A stretch of 64,000 bases of DNA from the human T2T-CHM13v2.0 reference genome, Homo sapiens: assembly GCF_009914755.1 (NCBI RefSeq), contig NC_060925.1; one strand, written 5' to 3'. The notes beneath the pieces are model-generated. The model saw nothing but the letters and a program-made list of their open reading frames with translations, was not told where the DNA came from and did no database searches. A program made the position numbers and the translations under genes. Below, piece by piece: positions 1 to 12,600 of this stretch (the stretch's first letter is position 1; the number at the start of each line of letters is the position of its first letter).

Positions 1-156
1 AAATATCTTCGTAGAAAAACTAGACAGAATGATTCTCATAAACTCCTTTGTGATGTGTGCGTTCAACTCACAGAGTTTAACTTTTCTTTTCATAGAGCAG
101 TTAGGAAACACTCTGTTTGTAAAGTCTGCAAGTGGATATTCAGACCTCTTTGAGGC

Positions 157-173
157 CTTCGTTGGAAACGGGA
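157..173 (+). other. CENP-B box (first of ~188 box positions, one per dimer, most intact)
   Basis: Exact CTTCGTTGGAAACGGGA, matching the core NTTCGNNNNANNCGGGN. It recurs every ~340 bp in the same orientation. Confidence 0.97.
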
Positions 174-198
174 TTTCTTCATATTCTGCTAGACAGAA

Positions 199-538
199 GA
201 ATTCTCAGTAACTTCCTTGTGTTGTGTGTATTCAACTCACAGAGTTGAACGATCCTTTACACAGAGCAGACTTGAAACATTCTTTTTGTGGAATTTGCAA
301 GTGGAGATTTCAGCCGCTTTGAGGTCAATGGTAGAATAGGAAATATCTTCCTATAGAAACTAGACAGAACGATTCTCAGAAACTCCTTTGTGATGTGTGC
401 GTTCAACTCACAGAGTTTAACCTTTCTTTTCATAGAGCAGTTAGGAAACACTCTGTTTGTAAAGTCTGCAAGTGGATATTCAGACCTCTTTGAGGCCTTC
501 TTTGGAAACGGGATTTCTTCATATTATGCTAGACAGAA
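199..538 (+). repeat. Representative 340-bp EcoRI dimer (A-type plus B-type monomer)
   Basis: GAATTC at 199 and 539. Homologous box positions 837 (B), 1006 (A) and 1177 (B) give monomer lengths of 169 and 171 bp. Confidence 0.95.
231..249. repeat. Short dyad symmetry TTCAACTC-ACA-GAGTTGAA (representative; once per common dimer)
   Basis: Perfect 8-bp inverted arms around a 3-nt loop. The partner monomer carries a one-mismatch version, GTTCAACTC-ACA-GAGTTTAAC. Confidence 0.9.
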
Positions 539-1005
539 GAATTCTCAGTAACTTCCTTGTGTTGTGTGTATTCAACTGACAGAGTTGAACTTTCATTTAG
601 AGAGAGCAGATTTGAAACACTGTTTTTGTGGAATTTGCAATTGGAGATTTCAAGCGCTTTGGGGCCAAAGGCAGAAAAGGAAATATCTTCGTATAAAAAC
701 TAGACAGAATGATTCTCAGAAACTCCTTTGTGATGTGTGCGTTCAACTCACAGAGTTTAACTTTTCTTTTCATAGAGCAGTTAGGAAACACTCTGTTTGT
801 AAAGTCTGCAAGTGGATATTCAGACCTCCTTGAGGCCTTCTTTGGAAACGGGATTTCTTCATATTCTGCTAGACAGAAGAATTCTCAGTAACTTCCTTGT
901 GTTGTGTGTATTCAACTCACAGAGTTGAACGATCCTTTACACAGAGCAGACTTGAAACACTCTTTTTGTGGAATTTGCAAGTGGAGATTTCAGCCGCTTT
1001 GAGGT

Positions 1006-1022
1006 CAATGGTAGAAAAGGAA
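1006..1022 (+). other. pJalpha-type box of the A-type monomer (representative)
   Basis: CAATGGTAGAAAAGGAA at the position homologous to the CENP-B box in alternate monomers. It resembles the established A-box consensus. Confidence 0.7.
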
Positions 1023-2269
1023 ATATCTTCGTATAAAGACTAGACAGAATGATTCTCAGAAACTCCTTTGTGATGTGTGCGTTCAACTCACAGAGTTTAA
1101 CCTTTCTTTTCATAGAGCAGTTAGGAAACACTCTGTTTGTAAAGTCTGCAAGTGGATATTCAGACCTCTTTGAGGCCTTCGTTGGAAACGGGATTTCTTC
1201 ATATTCTGCTAGACAGAAGAATTCTCAGTAACTTCCTTGTGTTGTGTGTATTCAACTCACAGAGTTGAACGATCCTTTACACAGAGCAGACTTGAAACAC
1301 TCTTTTTGTGGAATTTGCAAGTGGAGATTTCAGCCGCTTTGAGGTCAATAGTAGAAAAGGAAATATCTTCATAGAAAAACTAGACAGAATGATTCTCATA
1401 AACTCCTTTGTGATGTGTGCGTTCAACTCACAGAGTTTAACTTTTCTTTTCATAGAGCAGTTAGGAAACACTGTTTGTAAAGTCTGCAAGTGGATATTCA
1501 GACCTCTTTGAGGCCTTCGTTGGAAACGGGATTTCTTCATATTCTGCTAGACTGAAGAATTCTCAGTAACTTCCTTGTGTTGTGTGTATTCAACTCACTG
1601 AGTTGAACGATCCTTTACACAGAGCAGACTTGAAACATTCTTTTTGTGGAATTTGCAAGTGGAGATTTCAGCCGCTTTGAGGTCAATGGTAGAATAGGAA
1701 ATATCTTCCTATAGAAACTAGACAGAACGATTCTCAGAAACTCCTTTGTGATGTGTGCGTTCAACTCACAGAGTTTAACCTTTCTTTTCATAGAGCAGTT
1801 AGGAAACACTCTGTTTGTAAAGTCTGCAAGTGGATATTCAGACCTCTTTGAGGCCTTCGTTGGAAACGGGATTTCTTCATATTCTGCTAGACAGAAGAAT
1901 TCTCACTAACTTCCTTGTGTTGTGTGTATTCAACTCACAGATTTGAACGATCCTTTACACAGAGCAGACTTGAAACACTCTTTTTGTGGAATTTGCAAGT
2001 GGAGATTTCAGCCGCTTTGAGGTCAATAGTAGAAAAGGAAATATCTTCGTAGAAAAACTAGACAGAATCATTCTCAGAAACTCCTTTGTGATGTGTGTGT
2101 TCAACTCACAGAGTTTAACCTTTCTTTTCATAGAGCAGTTAGTAAACACTCTGTTTATAAAGTCTGCAAGTGGATATTCAGACCCCTTTGAGGCCTTCGT
2201 TGGAAACGGGATTTCTTCATATTATTCTAGACAGAAGAATTCTCAGTAACTTCCTTGTGTTGTGTGTAT

Positions 2270-2810
2270 TCAACTGACAGAGTTGAACTTTCATTTAGAG
2301 AGAGCAGATTTGAAACACTGTTTTTGTGGAATTTGCAATTGGAGATTTCAAGCGCTTTGGGGCCAAAGGCAGAAAAGGAAATATCTTCGTATAAAAACTA
2401 GACAGAATCATTCTCAGAAACTGCTGCGTGATGTGTGCGTTCAACTCTCAGAGTTTAACTTTTCTTTTCATTCAGCGGTTTGGAAACACTCTGTTTGTAA
2501 AGTCTGCACGTGGATATTTTGACCACTTAGAGGCCTTCGTTGGAAACGGGTTTTTTTCATGTTAGGCTAGACAGAAGAATTCCCAGTAACTTCCTTGTGT
2601 TGTGTGCATTCAACTCACAGAGTTGAACGTTCCCTTAGACAGAGCAGATTTGAAACACTCTATTTGTGCAATTTGCAAGTGTAGATTTCAAGCGCTTTAA
2701 GGTCAATGGCAGAAAAGGAAATATCTTCGTTTCAAAACTACACAGAATCATTCCCACAAACTGCGTTGTGATGTGTTCGTTCAACTCACAGAGTTTAACC
2801 TTTCTGTTCA
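2270..2810 (+). repeat. Divergent HOR-marking monomer cassette (first of 23 full copies)
   Basis: Diagnostic motifs TCATTTAGAGAG, GGGGCCAAAGGC, CTGCTGCGTG, CATTCAGCGGTTTGG, GACCACTTAG, GTTCCCTTAGAC and CATTCCCACAAACTGCG. Copies are marked by ORF-track starts 2262, 3622, 7362, 9743, 11779, 19255, 20615, 25374, 28435, 30476, 32516, 34554, 36934, 37954, 40674, 41694, 44074, 47814, 50194, 52235, 55635, 59371 and 61748. Confidence 0.92.
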
Positions 2811-5800
2811 TAGAGCAGTTAGGAAACACTCTGTTTGTAAAGTCTGCAAGTGGATATTCAGACCTCCTTGAGGCCTTCGTTGGAAACGGGATTTCTTCAT
2901 ATTCTGCTAGACAGAATAATTCTCAGTAACTTCCTTGTGTTGTGTGTATTCAACTCACAGAGTTGAACGATCCTTTACACAGAGCAGACTTGAAACACTC
3001 TTTTTGTGGAATTTGCAAGTGGAGATTTCAGCCGCTTTGAGGTCAATGGTAGAATAGGAAATATCTTCCTATAGAAACTAGACAGAACGATTCACAGAAA
3101 CTCCTTTGTGATGTGTGCGTTCAACTCACAGAGTTTAACCTTTCTTTTCATAGAGCAGTTAGGAAACACTCTGTTTGTAAAGTCTGCAAGTGGATATTCA
3201 GACCTCTTTGAGGCCTTCGTTGAAAACGGGATTTCTTCATATTCTGCTAGACAGAAGAATTCTCAGTAACTTCCTTGTGTTGTGTGTATTCAACTCACAG
3301 AGTTGAACGATCCTTTACACAGAGCAGACTTGAAACACTCTTTTTGTGGAATTTGCAAGTGGAGATTTCAGCCGCTTTGAGGTCAATAGTAGAAAAGGAA
3401 ATATCTTCGTAGAAAAACTAGACAGAATGATTCTCAGAAACTCCTTTGTGATGTGTGTGTTCAACTCACAGAGTTTAACCTTTCTTTTCATAGAGCAGTT
3501 AGTAAACACTCTGTTTATAAAGTCTGCAAGTGGATATTCAGACCCCTTTGAGGCCTTCGTTGGAAACGGGATTTCTTCATATTATGCTAGACAGAAGAAT
3601 TCTCAGTAACTTTCTTGTGTTGTGTGTATTCAACTGACAGAGTTGAACTATCATTTAGAGAGTGCAGATTTGAAACACTGCTTTTGTGGAATTTGTAAGT
3701 GGAGATTTCAAGCGCTTTGGGGCCAAAGGCAGAAAAGGAAATATCTTCGTATAAAAACTAGACAGAATCATTCTCAGAAACTGCTGCGTGATGTGTGCGT
3801 TCAACTCTCAGAGTTTAACTTTTCTTTTCATTCAGCGGTTTGGAAACACTCTGTTTGTAAAGTCTGCACGTGGAAATTTTGACCACTTAGTGGCCTTCGT
3901 TGGAAACGGGTTTTTTTCATGTAAGGCTAGACAGAAGAATTCCCAGTAACTTCCTTGTGTTGTGTGCATTCAACTCACAGAGTTGAACGTTCCCTTAGAC
4001 AGAGCAGATTTGAAACACTCTATTTGTGCAATTTGCAAGTGTAGATTTCAAGCGCTTTAAGGTCAATGGCAGAAAAGGAAATATCTTCGTTTCAAAACTA
4101 GACAGAATCATTCCCACAAACTGCGTTGTGATGTGTTCGTTCAACTCACAGAGTTTAACCTTTCTGTTCATAGAGCAGTTAGGAAACACTCTGTTTGTAA
4201 AGTCTGTAAGTGGATATTCTGACATCTTGTGGCCTTCGTTGGAAACGGGATTTCTTCATATTCTGCTAGACAGAAGAATTCTCAGTAACTTCCTTGTGTT
4301 GTGTGTATTCAACTCACAGAGTTGAACGATCCTTTACACAGAGCAGACTTGAAACACTCTTTTTGTGGAATTTGCAAGTGGAGATTTCAGCCGCTTTGAG
4401 GTCAATGGTAGAAAAGGAAACTATCTTCATATAAAGACTAGACAGAATGATTCTCAGAAAATCTTTTGTGATGTGTGCGTTCAACTCACAGAGTTTAACG
4501 TTTCTTCTCATAGAGCAGTTAGGAAACACTCTGTTTGTAAAGTCTGCAAGTGGATATTCAGACCTCTTTGAGGCCTTCGTTGGAAACGGGATTTCTTCAT
4601 ATTATGCTAGACAGAATAATTCTCAGTAACTTCCTTGTGTTGTGTGTATTCAACTCACAGAGTTGAAGGATCCTTTACAGAGAGCAGGCTTGAAACACTC
4701 TTTTTGTCGAATTTGCAAGTGGAGATTTCAGCCGCTTTGAGGTCAATGGTAGAATAGGAAATATCTTCTTATAGAAACTAGACAGAATGATTCTCATAAA
4801 CTCCTTTGTGATGTGTGCGTTCAACTCACAGAGTTTAACCTTTCTTTTCATAGAGCAGTTAGGAAACACTCTGTTTGTAAAGTCTGCAAGTGGATATTCA
4901 GACCTCCTTGAGGCCTTCGTTGGAAACGGGATTTCTTCATATTCTGCTAGACAGAAGAATTCTCAGTAACTTCCTTGTGTTGTGTTTATTCAACTCACAG
5001 AGTTGAATGATCCTTTACACAGAGCAGACTTGAAACACTCTTTTTGTGGAATTTGCAAGTGGAGATTTCAGCCGCTTTGAGGTCAATGGTAGAAAAGTAA
5101 ATATCTTCGTATAAAGACTAGACAGAATGATTCTCAGAAACTCCTTTGTGATGTGTGCGTTCAACTCACAGAGTTTAACCTTTCTGTTCATAGAGCAGTT
5201 AGGAAACACTCTGTTTGTAAAGTCTGTAAGTGGATATTCTGACATCTTGTGGCCTTCGTTGGAAACGGGATTTCTTCATATTCTGCTAGACAGAAGAATT
5301 CTCAGTAACTTCCTTGTGTTGTGTGTATTCAACTCACAGAGTTGAACGATCCTTTACACAGAGCAGACTTGAAACACTCTTTTTGGGGAATTTGCAAGTG
5401 GAGATTTCAGCCGCTTTGAGGTCAATGGTAGAAAAGGAAACTATCTTCATATAAAGACTAGACAGAATGATTCTCAGAAAATCTTTTGTGATGTGTGCGC
5501 TCAACTCACAGAGTTTAACTTTTCTTCTCATAGAGCAGTTAGGAAACACTCTGTTTGTAAAGTCTGCAAGTGGATATTCAGACCTCTTTGAGGCCTTCGT
5601 TGGAAACGGGATTTCTTCATATTATGCTAGACAGAATAATTCTCAGTAACTTCCTTGTGTTGTGTGTATTCAACTCACAGAGTTGAAGGATCCTTTACAG
5701 AGAGCAGGCTTGAAACACTCTTTTTGTCGAATTTGCAAGTGGAGATTTCAGCCGCTTTGAGGTCTATGGTAGAATACGAAATATCTTCTTATGGAAACTA

Positions 5801-5929
5801 GACAGAATGATTCTCATAAACTCCTTTGTGATGTGTGCGTTCAACTCACAGAGTTTAACCTTTCTTTTCATAGAGCAGTTAGGAAACACTCTGTTTGTAA
5901 AGTCTGCAAGTGGATATTCAGACCTCTTT

Positions 5930-8900
5930 GAGGCCTTCTTTGGAAACGGGATTTCTTCATATTCTGCTAGACTGAAGAATTCTCAGTAACTTCCTTGTGT
6001 TGTGTGTATTCAACTCACAGAGTTGAACGATCCTTTACACAGAGCAGACTTGAAACATTCTTTTTGTGGAATTTGCAAGTGGAGATTTCAGCCGCTTTGA
6101 GGTCAATGGTAGAATAGGAAATATCTTCCTATAGAAACTAGACAGAACGATTCTCAGAAACTCCTTTGTGATGTGTGCGTTCAACTCACAGAGTTTAACC
6201 TTTCTTTTCATAGAGCAGTTAGGAAACACTCTGTTTGTAAAGTCTGCAAGTGGATATTCAGACCTCTTTGAGGCCTTCGTTGGAAACGGGATTTCTTCAT
6301 ATTCTGCTGGACAGAAGAATTCTCAGTAACTTCCTTGTGTTGTGTGTATTCAACTCACAGAGTTGAATGATCCTTTACACAGAGCAGACTTGAAACACTC
6401 TTTTTGTGGAATTTGCAAGTGGAGATTTCAGCCGCTTTGAGGTCAATAGTAGAAAAGGAAATATCTTCGTAGAAAAACTAGACAGAATGATTCTCAGAAA
6501 CTCCTTTGTGATGTGTGCGTTCAACTCACAGAGTTTAACTTTTCTTTTCATAGAGCAGTTAGGAAACACTCTGTTTGTAAAGTCTGCAAGTGGATATTCA
6601 GACCTCTTTGAGGCCTTCGTTGGAAACGGGATTTCTTCATATTATGCTAGACAGAATAATTCTCAGTAACTTCCTTGTGTTGTGTGTATTCAACTCACAG
6701 AGTTGAACGATCCTTTACACAGAGCAGACTTGAAACATTCTTTTTGTGGAATTTGCAAGTGGAGATTTCAGCCGCTTTGAGGTCAATGGTAGAATAGGAA
6801 ATATCTTCCTATAGAAACTAGACAGAACGATTCTCAGAAACTCCTTTGTGATGTGTGCGTTCAACTCACAGAGTTTAACCTTTCTTTTCATAGAGCAGTT
6901 AGGAAACACTCTGTTTGTAAAGTCTGCAAGTGGATATTCAGACCTCTTTGAGGCCTTCGTTGGAAACGGGATTTCTTCATATTCTGCTAGACAGAAGAAT
7001 TCTCACTAACTTCCTTGTGTTGTGTGTATTCAACTCACAGATTTGAACGATCCTTTACACAGAGCAGACTTGAAACACTCTTTTTGTGGAATTTGCAAGT
7101 GGAGATTTCAGCCGCTTTGAGGTCAATAGTAGAAAAGGAAATATCTTCGTAGAAAAACTAGACAGAATCATTCTCAGAAACTCCTTTGTGATGTGTGTGT
7201 TCAACTCACAGAGTTTAACCTTTCTTTTCATAGAGCAGTTAGTAAACACTCTGTTTATAAAGTCTGCAAGTGGATATTCAGACCCCTTTGAGGCCTTCGT
7301 TGGAAACGGGATTTCTTCATATTATTCTAGACAGAAGAATTCTCAGTAACTTCCTTGTGTTGTGTGTATTCAACTGACAGAGTTGAACTTTCATTTAGAG
7401 AGAGCAGATTTGAAACACTGTTTTTGTGGAATTTGCAATTGGAGATTTCAAGCGCTTTGGGGCCAAAGTCAGAAAAGGAAATATCTTCGTATAAAAACTA
7501 GACAGAATCATTCTCAGAAACTGCTGCGTGATGTGTGCGTTCAACTCTCAGAGTTTAACTTTTCTTTTCATTCAGCGGTTTGGAAACACTCTGTTTGGAA
7601 AGTCTGCACGTGGATATTTTGACCACTTAGAGGCCTTCGTTGGAAACGGGTTTTTTTCATGTTAGGCTAGACAGAAGAATTCCCAGTAACTTCCTTGTGT
7701 TGTGTGCATTCAACTCACAGAGTTGAACGTTCCCTTAGACAGAGCAGATTTGAAACACTCTATTTGTGCAATTTGCAAGTGTAGATTTCAAGCGCTTTAA
7801 GGTCAATGGCAGAAAAGGAAATATCTTCGTTTCAAAACTGGACAGAATCATTCCCACAAACTGCGTTGTGATGTGTTCGTTCAACTCACAGAGTTTAACC
7901 TTTCTGTTCATAGAGCAGTTAGGAAACACTCTGTTTGTAAAGTCTGCAAGTGGATATTCAGACCTCTTTGAGGCCTTCGTTGGAAACGGGATTTCTTCAT
8001 ATTCTGCTAGACAGAATAATTCTCAGTAACTTCCTTGTGTTGTGTGTATTCAACTCACAGAGTTGAACGATCCTTTACACAGAGCAGACTTGAAACACTC
8101 TTTTTGTGGAATTTGCAAGTGGAGATTTCAGCCGCTTTGAGGTCAATGGTAGAATAGGAAATATCTTCCTATAGAAACTAGACAGAACGATTCACAGAAA
8201 CTCCTTTGTGATGTGTGCGTTCAACTCACAGAGTTTAACCTTTCTTTTCATAGAGCAGTTAGGAAACACTCTGTTTGTAAAGTCTGCAAGTGGATATTCA
8301 GACCTCTTTGAGGCCTTCGTTGGAAACGGGATTTCTTCATATTCTGCTAGACAGAAGAATTCTCAGTAACTTCCTTGTGTTGTGTGTATTCAACTCACAG
8401 AGTTGAACGATCCTTTACACAGAGCAGACTTGAAACACTCTTTTTGGGGAATTTGCAAGTGGAGATTTCAGCCGCTTTGAGGTCAATGGTAGAAAAGGAA
8501 ACTATCTTCATATAAAGACTAGACAGAATGATTCTCAGAAAATCTTTTGTGATGTGTGCGCTCAACTCACAGAGTTTAACTTTTCTTCTCATAGAGCAGT
8601 TAGGAAACACTCTGTTTGTAAAGTGTGCAAGTGGATATTCAGACCTCTTTGAGGCCTTCGTTGGAAACGGGATTTCTTCATATTATGCTAGACAGAATAA
8701 TTCTCAGTAACTTCCTTGTGTTGTGTGTATTCAACTCACAGAGTTGAAGGATCCTTTACAGAGAGCAGGCTTGAAACACTCTTTTTGTCGAATTTGCAAG
8801 TGGAGATTTCAGCCGCTTTGAGGTCAATGGTAGAATAGGAAATATCTTCTTATAGAAACTAGACAGAATGATTCTCATAAACTCCTTTGTGATGTGTGCG

Positions 8901-8990
8901 TTCAACTCACAGAGTTTAACCTTTCTTTTCATAGAGCAGTTAGGAAACACTCTGTTTGTAAAGTCGGCAAGTGGATATTCAGACCTCCTT
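5930..8990 (+). repeat. 3061-bp (18-monomer) unit B, dispersed copy (paralog at ~23940-27000, offset 18012)
   Basis: Shared rare markers: a CTTCTTTGG box followed by AGACTGAAG, GGCCAAAGTC, AAAACTGGACAG and TTTTTGGGGAA. Confidence 0.85.
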
Positions 8991-9629
8991 GAGGCCTTCG
9001 TTGGAAAAGGGATTTCTTCATATTCTGCTAGACAGAAGAATTCTCAGTAACTTCCTTGTGTTGTGTTTATTCAACTCACAGAGTTGAATGATCCTTTACA
9101 CAGAGCAGACTTGAAACACTCTTTTTGTGGAATTTGCAAGTGGAGATTTCAGCCGCTTTGAGGTCAATGGTAGAAAAGTAAATATCTTCGTATAAAGACT
9201 AGACAGAATGATTCTCAGAAACTCCTTTGTGATGTGTGCGTTCAACTCACAGAGTTTAACCTTTCTGTTCATAGAGCAGTTAGGAAACACTCTGTTTGTA
9301 AAGTCTGTAAGTGGATATTCTGACATCTTGTGGCCTTCGTTGGAAACGGGATTTCTTCATATTCTGCTAGACAGAAGAATTCTCAGTAACTTCCTTGTGT
9401 TGTGTGTATTCAACTCACAGAGTTGAACGATCCTTTACACAGAGCAGACTTGAAACACTCTTTTTGTGGAATTTGCAAGTGGAGATTTCAGCCGCTTTGA
9501 GGTCAATGGTAGAAAAGGAAACTATCTTCATATAAAGACTAGAGAGAATGATTCTCAGAAAATCTTTTCTGATGTGTGCGCTCAACTCACAGAGTTTAAC
9601 TTTTCTTCTCATAGAGCAGTTAGGAAACA

Positions 9630-12600
9630 CTCTGTTTATAAAGTCTGCAAGTGGATATTCAGACCCCTTTGAGGCCTTCGTTGGAAACGGGATTTCTTCA
9701 TATTATGCCAGACAGAAGAATTCTCAGTAACTTCCTTGTGTTGTGTGTATTCAACTGACAGAGCTGAACTTTCATTTAGAGAGAGCAGATTTGAAACACT
9801 GTTTTTGTGGAATTTGCAAGTGGAGATTTCAAGCGCTTTGGGGCCAAAGGCAGAAAAGGAAATATCTTCGTATAAAAACTAGACAGAATCATTCTCATAA
9901 ACTGCTGCGTGATGTGTGCGTTCAACTCTCAGAGTTTAACTTTTCTTTTCATTCAGCAGTTTGGAAACACTCTGTTTGTAAAGTCTGCACTTGGATATTT
10001 TGACCACTTAGAGGCCTTCGTTGGAAACGGGTTTTTTTTCATGTAAGGCTAGACAGAAGAATTCCCAGTAACTTCCTTGTGTTGTGTGCATTCAACTCAC
10101 AGAGTTGAACGTTCCATTAGACAGAGCAGATTTGAAACACTCTATTTGTGCAATTTGCAAGTGTAGATTTCAAGCGCTTTAAGGTCAACGGCAGAAAAGG
10201 AAATATCTTCGTTTCAAAACTAGACAGAATCATTCCCACAAACTGCGTTGTGATGTGTTCGTTCAACTCACAGAGTTTAACCTTTCTGTTCATAGAGCAG
10301 TTAGGAAACACTCTGTAACGTCTGTAAGTGGATATTCTGACATCTTGTGGCCTTCGTTGGAAACGGGATTTCTTCATATTCTGCTAGACAGAAGAATTCT
10401 CAGTAACTTCCTTGTGTTGTGTGTATTCAACTCACAGAGTTGAACGATCGTTTACACAGAGCAGACTTGAAACACTCTTTTTGTGGAATTTGCAAGTGGA
10501 GATTTCAGCCGCTTTGAGGTCAATGGTAGAAAAGGAAACTATCTTCATATAAAGACTAGACAGAATGATTCTCAGAAAATCTTTTGTGATGTGTGCGTTC
10601 AACTCACAGAGTTTAACTTTTCTTCTCATAGAGCAGTTAGGAAACACTCTGTTTGTAAAGTCTGCAAGTGGATATTCAGACCTCTTTGACGCCTTCGTTG
10701 GAAACGGGATTTCTTCATATTCTGCTAGACAGAATAATTCTCAGTAACTTCCTTGTGTTGTGTGTATTCAACTCACAGAGTTGAATGATCCTTTACACAG
10801 AGCAGACTTGAAACACTTTTTGTGGAATTTGCAAGTGGAGATTTCAGCCGCTTTGAGGTCAATGGTAGAAAAGTAAATATCTTCGTATAAAGACTAGACA
10901 GAATGATTCTCAGAAACTCCTTTTTGATGTGTGCGTTCAACACACAGAGTTTAACCTTTCTGTTCATAGAGCAGTTAGGAAACACTCTGTTTGTAAAGTC
11001 TGCAAGTGGATATTCAGACCTCCTTGAGGCCTTCGTTGGAAACGGGATTTATTCATATTCTGCTAGACAGAAGAATTCTCAGTAACTTCCTTGTGTTGTG
11101 TGTATTCAACTCACAGAGTTGAATGATCCTTTACACAGAGTAGACTTGAAACACTCTTTTTGTGGAATTTGCAAGTGGAGATTTCAGCCGCTTTGTGGTC
11201 AATGGTAGAATAGGAAATATCTTCCTATTGAAACTAGACAGAATGATTCTCAGAAACTCCTTTGTGATGTGTGCGTTCAACTCACAGAGTTTAAACTTTC
11301 TTTTCATAGAGCAGTTAGGAAACACTCTGTTTGTAAAGTCTGCAAGCGGATATTCAGACCTCTTTGAAGCCTTCGTTGGAAACGGGATTTCTTCATATTC
11401 TGCTAGACAGAAGAATTCTCAGTAACTTCCTTGTGTTGTGTGTATTCAACTCACAGAGATGAACGATCCTTTACACAGAGCAGACTTGAAACACTCCTTT
11501 TGTGGAATTTGCAAGTGGAGATTTCAGCCGCTTTGAGGTCAATGGTAGAAAAGGAAACTATCTTCGTATAAAGACTAGACAGAATGATTCCCACAAAATC
11601 CTTTGTGATGTGTGTGTTCAACTCACAGAGTTTAACCTTTCTTTTCATAGAGCAGTTAGTAAACACTCTGTTTATAAAGTCTGCAAGTGGATATTCAGAC
11701 CCCTTTGAGGCCTTCGTTGGAAACGGGATTTCTTCATATTATGCTAGACAGAAGAATTCTCAGTAACTTCCTTGTGTTGTGTGTATTCAACTGACAGAGT
11801 TGAACTTTCATTTAGAGAGAGCAGATTTGAAACACTGTTTTTGTGGAATTTGCAAGTGGAGATTTCAAGCGCTTTGGGGCCAAAGGCAGAAAAGGAAATA
11901 TCTTCGTATAAAAACTAGACAGAATCATTCTCAGAAACTGCTGCGTGATGTGTGCGTTCAACTCTCAGAGTTTAACTTTTCTTTTCATTCAGCGGTTTGG
12001 AAACACTCTGTTTGTAAAGTCTGCACGTGGAAATTTTGACCACTTAGAGGCCTTCGTTGGAAACGGGTTTTTTTCATGTAAGGCTAGACAGAAGAATTCC
12101 CAGTAACTTCCTTGTGTTGTGTGCATTCAACTCAGAGTTGAACGTTCCCTTAGACAGAGCAGATTTGAAACACTCTATTTGTGCAATTTGCAAGTGTAGT
12201 TTTCAAGCTCTTTAAGGTCAACGGCAGAAAAGGAAATATCTTCGTTTCAAAACTAGACAGAATCATTCCCACAAACTGCGTTGTGATGTGTTCGTTCAAC
12301 TCACAGAGTTTAACCTTTCTGTTCATAGAGCAGTTAGGAATCACTCTGTTTGTAAACTCTGCAAGTGGATATTCAGACCTCTTTGAGGCCTTCGTTGGAA
12401 ACGGGATTTCTTCATATTATGCTAGACAGAATAATTCTCAGTAACTTCCTTGTGTTGTGTGTATTCAACTCACAGAGTTGAAGGATCCTTTACAGAGAGC
12501 AGGCTTGAAACACTCTTTTTGTCGAATTTGCAAGTGGAGATTTCAGCCGCTTTGAGGTCAATGGTAGAATAGGAAATATCTTCTTATAGAAACTAGACAG

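Larger units (their letters stand above)
200..5350 (+). repeat. Block duplication A, copy 1 (paralog at ~17190-22340, offset 16993)
   Basis: Same order of dimer variants. Shared rare markers: mutant CENP-B boxes at 497/837 versus 17490/17830, a 2-bp deletion near 1471 versus 18464, and TTGAAAACGGG near 3220 versus 20213. Confidence 0.9.

Noticed and set aside
2548-2560. T-tract after the cassette CENP-B box as a terminator; T7 versus T8 length variation
   Set aside because: It is part of the satellite monomer and has no associated transcription unit. Homopolymer length is also error-prone.
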